A stretch of DNA of 64,000 nt from an uncultured Anaerolineaceae bacterium (GTDB lineage: Bacteria; Chloroflexota; Anaerolineae; Anaerolineales; UBA4823). Shown piece after piece: positions 19,465-28,983 of the stretch (position 1 is its first letter; every line of letters starts with the position of its first letter). Both the position numbers and the translations under genes were made by a program. The DNA lies in the NCBI GenBank assembly GCA_964463505.1, contig CAYXDC010000003.1, positions 10,657 through 74,656 of the forward strand, in the 5' to 3' direction. Below the pieces are notes generated by a model. That model searched no databases. It was not told where the DNA came from and saw only the letters and a list, made by a program, of their open reading frames with translations.

Positions 19465-20862
19465 TTACCCCCACTTCCTTAAACTCAACCCGGCTAGCAG
19501 GCGCAGCACTCCGGCCAATAATAAGGCTTCTTTTAAGCCAAATATAGTTGCTAAAACAGGTCCGAGGAATGAACCACTTAGAATCCCCAGATTCAACGCT
19601 AAATTGTGCATAGCCATATAAGCCGGGCGGTTATCTTCGGGGACAACTTCCATTAATCGGTTGATCAGACCTGCGCTGGTTAGCGCCCAGGCGATACCTC
19701 CGAATATGGAAGCTGCCCAAAATAAGGTCGCATCCCATGCCAGGCTGATAAAGAATGGGTACGCGCAATACAGAATGCTGCCAATAGCCAAAACTTTGTG
19801 ATGATTAAAACGCCGGGTCAGGTGGCTCAAACGCATGGAAGTGATGAACATCATTACATAGAACAGGCTATTTCCAAGGCTGATAATGCCATCAGAATAT
19901 TTCAAGCCATTCACCATATAAAGTGGGGAGATTGGGACTGGGACATACTGGCAGGTATAAAAGAACAAATACGCTGCCAGGAGTGGACCAAACGAGCCTT
20001 TGAGCATATCCCATTGTAAAAGGGGTTTATTTGGACTGCGGGTTAGGAAGCGTAAACCCGGAGGTAAGCGAAAGCTATCCGTGAATCTTAGCATTCCTGG
20101 ACGGGCCAGATCTCCCAGGGGTTGGTGGATGCGTGGATGGTGTATGTCTGATGTTTTAAGATGCCACAAATGATAGGTAGAGAAAATACCTCCCAATGTA
20201 CCCAGGCTAAACAAAATTACATAATTAATGGGATAAATCAGGGTATCTAATAATTGACCAGAGATCAGAGCTGCTACCGTCATGGCAAGCGAGGTTAATG
20301 CATTGCGCCGGCCAATCACGGTGGAGCGCTCTTGCGGGGGGATTAAATCAGCGAGCAGGGCATTAAATGCAATTGCCAGCGCAGTGCCAGGTATCGACAT
20401 CAGCAAGGTAATTAAAACGATAATCCAAACCTGAGCAGTATTGGATAGTAAGAGCGGTAAGGGAATCAGGATTAAATAACCAAACCTGTGCAGTGCGGCT
20501 GTCAAAAAACTCACACGAGTCAGGGAGCGCCTTTCCAGCCAACGCCCAGCCGGCAATGAGAAAAATAAATTAATGACTGCCGGGCCTGCAGTGAGCAGGC
20601 TAATTTGAAAGCCGCTGGCGCCCAGGCGGGCAGCATAGATCGCAATAAAAGCCATCGTGCTACCAGCCAATATGCCGTAACCGATTACGTCGGCATAAAG
20701 GTGAACAAAATTGGCTTTGAGCTTGGGATCAGGGAGTAACGGGGTGGAGGTCGCGGTATTCAAATAGCATCTGCCAGACGCGAATCGCTGCTTCGACCTG
20801 GATGCGGAGAGACATTTTTGATTTCCCCCATCGGCGATCGGCAAAGTAGAACGGTACTTCAC
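19465..20862 (-). CDS. MFS-type membrane transporter
   Basis: About 12 TM. Start is uncertain because the ORF-track ATG 20862 overlaps the upstream gene by 134 nt. In-frame TTG 20763 is an alternative. Confidence 0.65.
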   Translation of the reverse strand: MKYRSTLPIADGGNQKCLSASRSKQRFASGRCYLNTATSTPLLPDPKLKANFVHLYADVIGYGILAGSTMAFIAIYAARLGASGFQISLLTAGPAVINLFFSLPAGRWLERRSLTRVSFLTAALHRFGYLILIPLPLLLSNTAQVWIIVLITLLMSIPGTALAIAFNALLADLIPPQERSTVIGRRNALTSLAMTVAALISGQLLDTLIYPINYVILFSLGTLGGIFSTYHLWHLKTSDIHHPRIHQPLGDLARPGMLRFTDSFRLPPGLRFLTRSPNKPLLQWDMLKGSFGPLLAAYLFFYTCQYVPVPISPLYMVNGLKYSDGIISLGNSLFYVMMFITSMRLSHLTRRFNHHKVLAIGSILYCAYPFFISLAWDATLFWAASIFGGIAWALTSAGLINRLMEVVPEDNRPAYMAMHNLALNLGILSGSFLGPVLATIFGLKEALLLAGVLRLLAGLSLRKWG

Positions 20863-21460
20863 GGAAACTATATCCTAAGCGGTAGGCTAAATAAGTAATT
20901 TCTACTTGAAATCCATAACCATTGGAACGCACTCGTTGCAGTGGCATGTTCAGCAGAGTACGGCGATGCCACAGGCGGAAACCACCTGTTGCGTCGCGCA
21001 CTGGCAATTGCAGGATCGTCCGAGCGTAATAATTGCCAAAGGCCGACAGCCCTCTCCGCCAGACAGGCCAGCGTTGGTCTACCGCTCCGCCTGGCACATA
21101 ACGCGAGCCCATGACAACATCACAGCAGTTAAGCATGTCTAAAAGGGTTACAAGAAGCTCAGGTGGGTGGGAGAAATCAGCATCCATCTGGGCGATGGCT
21201 TCAGCGCCGGACTCCAACGCCGCACGAAAGCCCTCGAGATAGGCAGTTCCTAACCCTAGTTTGCCTTGGCGGTGTAGTACATTGAATTGCCCCGGGTGCT
21301 CCCGCGCTAATGTTTCTGCTAACTCACCAGTTCCATCGGGGCTATTATCATCCACTACCAGCAGACTCAAATCGGGAATAGGCAGACGAAATAAGGCGGA
21401 GACCAGTTTATCCAGGTTCTCCGCCTCGTTATAAGTAGGTACTACTACAGTTAGTTTCAC
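20729..21460 (-). CDS. GT2 polyprenol-monophosphate mannose synthase (Dpm1/Ppm1-like)
   Basis: VVVPTYNEAENL..LLVVDDNSPDGT..MDADFSHPP..SRYVPGG..GFRLW motifs. Confidence 0.85.
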   Translation of the reverse strand: MKLTVVVPTYNEAENLDKLVSALFRLPIPDLSLLVVDDNSPDGTGELAETLAREHPGQFNVLHRQGKLGLGTAYLEGFRAALESGAEAIAQMDADFSHPPELLVTLLDMLNCCDVVMGSRYVPGGAVDQRWPVWRRGLSAFGNYYARTILQLPVRDATGGFRLWHRRTLLNMPLQRVRSNGYGFQVEITYLAYRLGYSFREVPFYFADRRWGKSKMSLRIQVEAAIRVWQMLFEYRDLHPVTP

Positions 21461-21461
21461 A

Positions 21462-22313
21462 CTACCCCTGTGTCAAAGAAATCTGAGCCTTCAAGTCTTG
21501 AACAGTATTGAAGGTCATTTTCATTGAATCGAATGGTTGTAATTTGATCGCCAACCGCGTCGGGCTTTTCTCCTGCTGTCGATCCTTTAGTGGATAGAAA
21601 TAATCTAAAGCTTGTTCTAAGCGGCTACTTATCCGTTCTGCCAGCACAGGCAGGTTCGGGATCGAAGTGACTATTATAAAGGTCGTCTGGTTGATTTGCC
21701 CGATGAAATCGTCCTGGTCACCAAATTCGCGCAAAATATTCCGAATCATCAGGCTGACAGCCCGTTGCATATCATCGGAAACGACAAAGCCGTAGGTATC
21801 GCGAAACGCATCCAGATGTTGCAATTCAACCCTCAGAAATCCATGATTTGGGTTTTCAATACATTCTGCCAGCCGTTCATCGACCAATCTTCCTTCGGGC
21901 AAGTTGGTAACCGGGTTGGTCAATGATCCTTCTGTAACACGTCTTAAGGAATTTCGCACACGCAGGCGTAACTCCTGGATATCAAACGGCTTGGTCATGT
22001 AATCATCTGCACCCAACTCAAACCCTTTCAGTCGCGCAGTGCGGGCGCGTTTTTCGGTGAGAAAAATGATCGGGATATCTGCGGTGCGACGATCGCTGCG
22101 CAAGCGCCGAGCTACCTCAAAGCCGTCAATATCGGGTAAACGAATATCCAGGATGATCAGATCAGGGTGGTTTTTGAGGGCGTAATCGACGGCTGGTTCG
22201 CCCCAATTTATTGTGCAGGCCTCATACTCTTGCACGCGGAAGTATGCCTCAAGCATCTCGGCAACATCGATATCATCTTCGACGACCAGAAGGTTTGACT
22301 TGGCTTCTACCAC
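21462..22313 (-). CDS. response regulator: REC domain plus degenerate GGDEF-like output domain
   Basis: REC features LLVVEDD, phospho-acceptor context LIILDIRLPDIDG, and DDYMTKPF. The C-terminal domain has the D.F.D.YG layout, but the GGDEF position reads IGQINQTTF. Confidence 0.85.
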   Translation of the reverse strand: MVEAKSNLLVVEDDIDVAEMLEAYFRVQEYEACTINWGEPAVDYALKNHPDLIILDIRLPDIDGFEVARRLRSDRRTADIPIIFLTEKRARTARLKGFELGADDYMTKPFDIQELRLRVRNSLRRVTEGSLTNPVTNLPEGRLVDERLAECIENPNHGFLRVELQHLDAFRDTYGFVVSDDMQRAVSLMIRNILREFGDQDDFIGQINQTTFIIVTSIPNLPVLAERISSRLEQALDYFYPLKDRQQEKSPTRLAIKLQPFDSMKMTFNTVQDLKAQISLTQG

Positions 22314-22361
22314 AGTGGCAACCCCATAAGATGGGCTGGGAAATTTGGCTGGCTAGTTTAG

Positions 22362-22997
22362 TTAGCCAATTGGTTGTTTTTGGATGACGAATTCACAGAC
22401 ACTGTGGCCCATTGCCACACATTGTGATTCGTTGACCCGGAATTCATTGCCTCCGGATAACCACTTCAGGCCTTCCTGCAAGAGGCCGGTGGCAATAAAG
22501 CATACAGGTTTATCAGAGCCTGACCGCCCCCAGCAGACAGGGCATCTGTGAATGGTATAGATAAATTCGTGTTCGCGCTCTTGAACGGTACTGTGCTGGT
22601 CGCTGATCTGGCTGAAGATCTTTGCCATAGCCGGGATACCAATGCGCATCTTCGTCGAAAGGGGTAAAACCTTGAAAGCTAAGTCGCCTGCCCCAGCCAG
22701 GGCTCCAAATGTTCGCAGACTATCTGCAAAGGCGGCACGTCCAACGCGCAGGGCCAAACCACGCCCGCCGCGTGCGCCGTACATAACCTCCAAAGCCTGA
22801 TTAAGAGCAGAGAAATCAGCAAAATTGAATTCTTTAGCCAGGTTATCAGGAGGTTTGTTTTCGATCAGATGGGGTATGTGCGCCAGGTTAAGGATAGCAT
22901 TTAATCCATTTTTGCCCATCACATCTTCCAACGAATTCAGGGAGATCAGGGCAATCTTATTCGCGTAATAATATGGGCTTTGTGGGTTCGATTCCAT
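22362..22997 (-). CDS. V4R (4-vinyl reductase-like) domain protein
   Basis: C-terminal Cys pattern CPVCWG..PVCFIATGLLQEGLKWLSG..ESQCVAMGHSVCEFVI, typical of V4R small-molecule-binding domains. Confidence 0.75.
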   Translation of the reverse strand: MESNPQSPYYYANKIALISLNSLEDVMGKNGLNAILNLAHIPHLIENKPPDNLAKEFNFADFSALNQALEVMYGARGGRGLALRVGRAAFADSLRTFGALAGAGDLAFKVLPLSTKMRIGIPAMAKIFSQISDQHSTVQEREHEFIYTIHRCPVCWGRSGSDKPVCFIATGLLQEGLKWLSGGNEFRVNESQCVAMGHSVCEFVIQKQPIG

Positions 22998-23009
22998 TTG
23001 TTTTGCCAG

Positions 23010-23438
23010 TTAGAGTAGTTTAGCGAGCGCTTCAGCCGCTCTCCGCATGTCCAATAAGATCAGGCCTAATTTAGCCTGCTCACGCGCCAACGCAGTCAGC
23101 ACCGCCTCTTCGCCAACTGACATCAGGATGACATAACCTTTTTCGCCCCGTATGTACACCTGACTTAGAGCACCGCGTCCAAGCTCAGATGCAATTCGCT
23201 CACCAAGCGACAGCATAGCTGCAGACATGGCTGAGACGCGATCCTCTTCTACTTCGTGTGGAAGGGCAGAGGCAATGATGAGGCCGTCCACGCTGACGAC
23301 TGCTGACGCCTCAATATCTGGGGATGAGACTTGTAAATCGCGCAGACGTTCAACCATCAATTGGGAACGAGACCTGGTCAACTCTAACCTCGCAGTGGAA
23401 AATTTGCCATTGCTATGACTGTGCTCCAGCAGCAACAT
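23010..23438 (-). CDS. Roadblock/LC7 (MglB-like) domain protein
   Basis: AVVSVDGLIIASALP..DRVSAMSAAMLSLGERIASELGRG..GEKGYVILMSVGEEAVLTAL. Start chosen at ATG 23438; 23528 and 23357 are also possible. Confidence 0.72.
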   Translation of the reverse strand: MLLLEHSHSNGKFSTARLELTRSRSQLMVERLRDLQVSSPDIEASAVVSVDGLIIASALPHEVEEDRVSAMSAAMLSLGERIASELGRGALSQVYIRGEKGYVILMSVGEEAVLTALAREQAKLGLILLDMRRAAEALAKLL

Positions 23439-23701
23439 ATACCTTGACAGCCAATATTTTTTGTTTAATCGTACAATACGCGCTTTCTTTTGCAGACTAA
23501 CTGTAGCATAGCCACCAAAAAGTGTCAAGCGATGAAGCCATTACAATTCTCACAATTCCCTTATCAGATGTATTAGGGAACATGCTATAATCGCTGCGCT
23601 TCCCAATTGAAATTACATCCATCATGCATATTGGTTGCAAGAACAAGGCCAATCACGAACTTTAGCCATTGGCCCGATCACAAGCATAGGAGCTATGTGC
23701 C

Positions 23702-24706
23702 ATGTCACTAAAATCTATTCATCCAATCCTGGGATTGTTCCTGGGTATTACCCTTACCCTGGGGGCATGTAGTCCTGGGGTTAGTCCGGTAGCCACCACG
23801 CAACCAGCTGAGCAGGTTCCCGCGCAGACCTCGGAGCCGGTTACTCTTAAGGTTGTCATGTTGCCTGTCTTGGATACATTGCCGGTGCGAGTTGCCCAGC
23901 AAGAAGGTCTCTTCGAACAAAATGGGGTCGTGGTTGAGTTGATACCGGCCCAGGCTGCTCCAGAACGTGACCAATTGATAACTGCTGAACAGGCTGACGG
24001 GATGATCAATGAAGTGCTCTCCACCATGTTCTACAACCAAAATGATACCCAGGTGCAAATTGTGCGTTATGCACGTAGTGCTACCAGCCAGGATTCGCTG
24101 TTTGCTATCCTAGTGGCTGGGAACAGCGGAATAGAGACCCTGGAAGCGCTTAAGGGCGTTGAGATTGGTATCTCCCAGGGCACAGTGATTGAATATCTCA
24201 CGTATCGAATGCTGGAAGCCGAGGGATTTGGGCCAGCGGATATTAAAACCGTGGCGGTACCCAATATTTCCAGCCGCGTTGAGTTACTTCAGAGTGGAGA
24301 ATTGAAAGCAGCCGTTTTGCCAGAACCTCTGACTTCTCTGGTTGTATCACAGGGGGCACGCGTGATCGTGTCGGACACGAACCATCCTGATTATAGTTTT
24401 AGCACCCTGTCGTTTCGCAAAGAAGTGATCGACCAGCATCCGGAAGCGATTCGCGCTTTCTTAAAGGCGGTAGAAGAAGCAGTGGTGCGCTTGAACACCA
24501 ACCCTGAACAATATAAGGGGATCTTGGTGGATCAACAATTGGTCCCACAACCTTTGTTGGAAAGCTTCAAAATGCCCGAGTTCAGCACCGCAGGTGTTCC
24601 TACGCAGGCGCAGTGGGATGATACGCTGTCCTGGGCGAAATCCAAAGGATTAATCAGCCAGGATCTATCCTACAGCGATTCTGTAAACGCGACCTTCTTG
24701 CCCTGA
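23702..24706 (+). CDS. ABC transporter substrate-binding lipoprotein (NMT1/SsuA-like, nitrate/sulfonate/bicarbonate family)
   Basis: Lipobox-like LTLGACS. Periplasmic-binding-protein-like sequence. Followed by a matching ATPase and permease. Confidence 0.75.
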   Translation: MSLKSIHPILGLFLGITLTLGACSPGVSPVATTQPAEQVPAQTSEPVTLKVVMLPVLDTLPVRVAQQEGLFEQNGVVVELIPAQAAPERDQLITAEQADGMINEVLSTMFYNQNDTQVQIVRYARSATSQDSLFAILVAGNSGIETLEALKGVEIGISQGTVIEYLTYRMLEAEGFGPADIKTVAVPNISSRVELLQSGELKAAVLPEPLTSLVVSQGARVIVSDTNHPDYSFSTLSFRKEVIDQHPEAIRAFLKAVEEAVVRLNTNPEQYKGILVDQQLVPQPLLESFKMPEFSTAGVPTQAQWDDTLSWAKSKGLISQDLSYSDSVNATFLP

Positions 24707-24852
24707 GCGAGCCAACTACCAACCTGCTTGGCACGGGATGCAGTGGGTAATTATCCTGACCAAGGAAGTAATTCATCCACTGTGTCCTTGTGCGTGGGGG
24801 TAAAATTACCCCAAAGTTCTCCTTGGAAAATTGCTGATTCGAAATCCCCTTC

Positions 24853-25614
24853 ATGATCAACCTGATTTCAGTAACCTACGCCTATAATGACCAGCCACCT
24901 GTCTTTCAGGAATTTGACTGGCAGGTAGGACGTGGCGAAGCCTGGGCTGTATTGGGACCATCGGGGTGTGGAAAGAGCACCTTGCTTTATTTACTGGCAG
25001 GGTTGCGTTTCCCAACCAGTGGGCATGTATTGGTGGATGGCAGCTTGCTAACCCGACCACGCCCACAGTCAGGCTTGATTTTGCAGGATTATGGGTTGCT
25101 GCCATGGGCTACAGTCCAACAGAATGCTGAACTGGGATTTCAGGTACGCACGTTTTATGGACCAGATGGCAAACATGCCCCGTCCAATCTGAAAGCCAAC
25201 TTAAGCGTAGACCCCTGGTTGGAGCGGCTGGGGTTGGCTGAGGAGCGCCATAAATTTCCAGGTCAGTTATCGGGTGGGCAGCGCCAACGTGTGGCGATCG
25301 CCCGTACTTTAGCTCTGCGCCCGGATATGCTGCTGATGGACGAGCCGTTTTCTTCCCTGGACGCCCCTACTCGAGAATCCTTGCAGGCGTTAATTTTAGA
25401 GTTGCGCGCTGAGAATAACCTGACCCAGGTGATAGTAACCCATGCAATCGAAGAGGCCGCGATGTTGGGCCAAAAAATCCTGCTTTTAGGCCAGCCTCCT
25501 AACCGGAATCCAGAGATCATTGACAATTCGGGTTCGGGCCATGCAGGATTTCGCGACTCCTCAGAGTATGTACAATTGGTCCGTGATTTACGCCGCAGGA
25601 TGGGTGAAGGATGA
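24853..25614 (+). CDS. ABC transporter ATP-binding protein (SsuB/TauB-like)
   Basis: Walker A GPSGCGKST, signature LSGGQRQRVAIARTL, Walker B LLMDEPFS. Confidence 0.9.
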   Translation: MINLISVTYAYNDQPPVFQEFDWQVGRGEAWAVLGPSGCGKSTLLYLLAGLRFPTSGHVLVDGSLLTRPRPQSGLILQDYGLLPWATVQQNAELGFQVRTFYGPDGKHAPSNLKANLSVDPWLERLGLAEERHKFPGQLSGGQRQRVAIARTLALRPDMLLMDEPFSSLDAPTRESLQALILELRAENNLTQVIVTHAIEEAAMLGQKILLLGQPPNRNPEIIDNSGSGHAGFRDSSEYVQLVRDLRRRMGEG

Positions 25615-26354
25615 AGCGCCGCGATCTCTTAGGGTCTATTCTGATTGTGCTGCTACTCTGGCATATCGCAGCCTTATTATTGGATCGCCCGATCCTGCCA
25701 ACGCCGCTCGTTGTGGGTGGCGCTCTGCTGCGCGAATTATCGAATGGGAATTTACCCCGCCATTTCTTAGTCAGTCTTTGGCGTGTGGTTGCCAGTACAA
25801 CGTTGGCGATTCTATTAGCTGTTCCGGCAGGGCTATTATTGGGCCAGTCAGCACGTCTAAACCGCCTGTTTGCGCCGATGATCTATTTGCTCTATCCTAT
25901 CCCGAAAGTAGTCCTGGTGCCGGTGGTGCTGCTCTTGTTTGGTGTTGGCGATTTCCCCAAGATCATCATCATCTTTTTGATCTTGTTCTTCCAGATACTC
26001 GTCTTAGTACGTGATCAAGCCTTGGGTATCCGTCCTGAGTTGTTGTTGAGTGTGCGCAGCCTGGGAGCAGGCCGGCGGGCGCTTTTTCGCTTTGTGTATT
26101 TACCAGCCAGTTTGCCGGCGATCCTGACAGCTTTGCGCCAATCTGTGGGCACTTCTGTGGCCGTATTGTATATTGCTGAGTTAGTGGCCACACAGTGGGG
26201 TCTGGGATACTATATATACTTCAATGGCAGCACTTTATTCAACTACCCTGCCATGTATGCCGGGATTGTGGCTCTCAGCCTTATGGGTCTGATATTGTAT
26301 TTCACGGTAGATTGGCTTGAGCGCCGGCTCTGTCCCTGGCAATTTATCAAGTAG
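25611..26354 (+). CDS. ABC transporter permease (SsuC/TauC-like)
   Basis: ATGA overlap with the ATPase gene. About 6 TM with an EAA-like loop (SLGAGRRALFRFVYLPASLP). Confidence 0.85.
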   Translation: MKRRDLLGSILIVLLLWHIAALLLDRPILPTPLVVGGALLRELSNGNLPRHFLVSLWRVVASTTLAILLAVPAGLLLGQSARLNRLFAPMIYLLYPIPKVVLVPVVLLLFGVGDFPKIIIIFLILFFQILVLVRDQALGIRPELLLSVRSLGAGRRALFRFVYLPASLPAILTALRQSVGTSVAVLYIAELVATQWGLGYYIYFNGSTLFNYPAMYAGIVALSLMGLILYFTVDWLERRLCPWQFIK

Positions 26355-26361
26355 TAATTGG

Positions 26362-27291
26362 CTAATAAAGAAAGGCGCGCGTCAGCGCCAGCCCGGCAGC
26401 GTACAGGAAGCTGTGTACCAGGGTCAATTGCCCGGTGCCAGCCAGGACACTATTCAAAGGTCGCCCGGTCAAGGTATTCACTTTGTTAACCATACTTACT
26501 GCCAGAGGCAGTGAAAGCCAGACCAGGTTGGCGAGCCAGGATAGTGTACCGGTCAGGCTCAAGATGGCTGGTAAGAGATAGGCGATGCTAACCAGCACTA
26601 AATATTCCAGCCGGGTCGCACGTGCTCCTAAGCGAACTGCCAGGGTACGTTTACCAGCAGCTTGATCGGTTGCAATATCGCGCAAGTTATTCACCACCAG
26701 AATAGCAGTGATAAGCAGTCCAACGGGGATTGACGACCAGATGGCAAGGGGGCTGATCGACAGGGCTTGCACATAATAAGTACCCAAAACAGCCACCGGA
26801 CCAAAAAAGATAAATACAAAGACTTCCCCCAACCCATTGTAGCCCAGAGGATATGGCCCGCCGGTATAAGCGATCGCAGCCAGAATAGAGGCAATCCCCA
26901 TTGCAATTACAGGCCAGCCGGCTGCCCAGGCCAGGTAAACGCCCGCCAGGGACGCCAAACCAAAGGTCACCCACATCCCGATAAAAACCTGTTGGGGTGT
27001 AAGGAGCCCGGCCTGGGTAACGCGAGTGGGACCCAGACGTTGAGCCGTATCTGCCCCTTTGTGATAATCAAAGACGTCATTGGCTAAATTGGCGCCGATC
27101 TGCAGGAGCAGAGCTCCCACGAGCGCTGCCAGCGCTGGCAGCAACTCGAATTGGTTTTGCAGACAAGCCACCCCTGAACCCACCACCACAGGTGCAGTCG
27201 CGGCTGGGAGTGTGCGCGGGCGGATTGCCAGCAACCAGGCAGATGTTTTTGGGGGGCTTGATGGAGTAGTGGATTTTGGATTATTGGCCAT
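26362..27291 (-). CDS. menA: 1,4-dihydroxy-2-naphthoate polyprenyltransferase
   Basis: UbiA-family TM protein with WLLAIRPRTLPAA and ANLANDVFDYHKGAD motifs. Start moved to ATG 27291. Confidence 0.82.
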   Translation of the reverse strand: MANNPKSTTPSSPPKTSAWLLAIRPRTLPAATAPVVVGSGVACLQNQFELLPALAALVGALLLQIGANLANDVFDYHKGADTAQRLGPTRVTQAGLLTPQQVFIGMWVTFGLASLAGVYLAWAAGWPVIAMGIASILAAIAYTGGPYPLGYNGLGEVFVFIFFGPVAVLGTYYVQALSISPLAIWSSIPVGLLITAILVVNNLRDIATDQAAGKRTLAVRLGARATRLEYLVLVSIAYLLPAILSLTGTLSWLANLVWLSLPLAVSMVNKVNTLTGRPLNSVLAGTGQLTLVHSFLYAAGLALTRAFLY

Positions 27292-27448
27292 GAGATAGAT
27301 GTTCAGCCTACGTATGATGAATTGACTGGCATATCCGCTAAAGTATACCCAATATCCCGCCTCTGGTATAATCATTTTCACTTGGTTTCCCGAGGTATGC
27401 GTGGTTAACGACAGGCGCTCTGCGTACCCGGTCCATTTGGGAGAGTCT

Positions 27449-28618
27449 ATGAAGCGATTTTTACTGGTTGGATTTTTACTTGTGGCTGCAATGGCAATGG
27501 TTGTCGCATCTGCCCGGGCAGCCGAAGGCTTGCAGACAGCCGTTTTATGTTTACCGGATATTTACATGATGGATGCTGTCGACTGCTTGCCTGCTGGTCC
27601 ATCCTCTTATTTAACCGAAATGGCTGGGCATGGGATTACATTTCCCTTACCCCCTCTGGCGTCTACACGCCCTGACCCATCCTACACCTGGGTCGATTAC
27701 CGTTACGGTCTGGTGCGCAACACCAATGCACCCGTGTACGCTTCAGTTGAGGACGCCCTGAAAGGCGTAAAAAAGAATGCTGTCCGGCGCATCGATTCAC
27801 CCTTCAGTTATATCTCGTATACGGAAGAGGTGGTGGTGGATGGGAAACGATTCTACATGATCGAACCGGGCGCCTGGATGACCGCGAATGATGTCTCACG
27901 GATCGGCGCTGTGCCGTTATTCCAAGGCTTAACCTTTCAGAGCACACCTCCAACCAGTTTGGGTTGGGTATTGACTTACTTGAGCGCCAGCGCAGTGGAG
28001 AGTAAGCGCACTCCTGGGTATGAGATACAAGATTACACAGGGCATCTTTACAATCACCTGGAAGTGGTGCCGGTTTATTCAGTTGAAAAAATTGGTGATG
28101 TGGAATGGTTCCTGGTCGGTCCCGATGAATGGCTACCTAAGAATGTGGTGGCGCGTGTAGTCCCCAATACGACACCGCCTGCAGGTATTCCAGGCGATCG
28201 CTGGATTGAGATTAATCTACATGAACAAACCATATCTGTGTACGATAATCGCCAATTGGTCTTTGCCACTCTGATGGCCAGCGGGCTGGAGCCGTTGTGG
28301 ACGCGTCCAGGATTGTTCCAAATCTATCAAAAGCTGGATTCCACTCCTATGCGGGGATCATTTGCTGCCGATGGGTCGGATGCTTATTACCTGGAGGATG
28401 TCCCCTGGACGATGTATTTTGATGAGGCGCGAGCTATCCACGGGGCTTACTGGCGCGCCAATCTGGGTTTTGCCCAGTCGCATGGCTGTGTCAATATGAC
28501 GGTGGGTGATTCCGCCTGGATTTATGAATGGGCGGAGGTCGGGGATTGGGTGTATGTATGGGATCCGTCTGGAAAGACCCCGACCGATCCAAGTTTGTAT
28601 ACCGCTGGTGGTGCATAA
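27449..28618 (+). CDS. L,D-transpeptidase (YkuD domain) with N-terminal unknown domain
   Basis: Signal peptide MKRFLLVGFLLVAAMAMVVASARA. C-terminal YkuD catalytic motif HGAYW..SHGCVNM. Confidence 0.85.
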   Translation: MKRFLLVGFLLVAAMAMVVASARAAEGLQTAVLCLPDIYMMDAVDCLPAGPSSYLTEMAGHGITFPLPPLASTRPDPSYTWVDYRYGLVRNTNAPVYASVEDALKGVKKNAVRRIDSPFSYISYTEEVVVDGKRFYMIEPGAWMTANDVSRIGAVPLFQGLTFQSTPPTSLGWVLTYLSASAVESKRTPGYEIQDYTGHLYNHLEVVPVYSVEKIGDVEWFLVGPDEWLPKNVVARVVPNTTPPAGIPGDRWIEINLHEQTISVYDNRQLVFATLMASGLEPLWTRPGLFQIYQKLDSTPMRGSFAADGSDAYYLEDVPWTMYFDEARAIHGAYWRANLGFAQSHGCVNMTVGDSAWIYEWAEVGDWVYVWDPSGKTPTDPSLYTAGGA

Positions 28619-28704
28619 GCAGATTCCAGAGCAACAAATCAGTGCTCCGGTGAACTTGTTCTCCGGAGTGCTTGTGGTTTTATTGACCCAGAGCAGGTTT
28701 TTTC

Positions 28705-28854
28705 ATGCGTCGAATACGGACAACATTTTATCTAATACTGATCCTGAGTAGTTTGAGTTGCGTGGCTGTAACGCGCCTGTGGCCGCCGGAGAATGGCCTG
28801 CCGGCGGTGGTGACCGCAGTCATCACCCAGGTGACTTGGAGCGCACCCCAGTAG
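28705..28854 (+). other. 49-codon signal-peptide-like ORF ending at an in-frame TAG, same frame as the S41 peptidase
   Basis: ATG 28705 encodes MRRIRTTFYLILILSSLSCVAVTRLWPP..SAPQ, then TAG at 28852-28854. The same frame continues as the Pro/Thr linker PAKTQTPIETATPTALPTTTPEPTATLTPT into the peptidase. Confidence 0.5.
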
Positions 28855-28983
28855 CCCGCAAAGACACAAACCCCTATCGAAACGGCTACCCCGACAGCCT
28901 TACCAACCACAACCCCTGAACCCACTGCCACACTTACCCCTACAATCATCCCAACATTAAGCATTTCACTGACCCCGTCGGCG

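Noticed and set aside
23529-23701. Possible TPP or other riboswitch upstream of the NMT1/THI5-like binding protein
   Set aside because: No CUGAGA / ACCUGAUCUGGAUAAUGCCAGCG-type TPP core is visible. The region looks like a plain divergent promoter containing a TATAAT box.
25520-26014. 164-aa plus-strand ORF overlapping the ABC ATPase/permease junction
   Set aside because: It is out of frame with the permease gene, which shows a proper TM pattern and an ATGA coupling to the ATPase gene.
28728-28964. 78-aa minus-strand ORF rich in Gly/Val
   Set aside because: It is the reverse-complement shadow of the Pro/Thr-linker coding frame upstream of the S41 peptidase.
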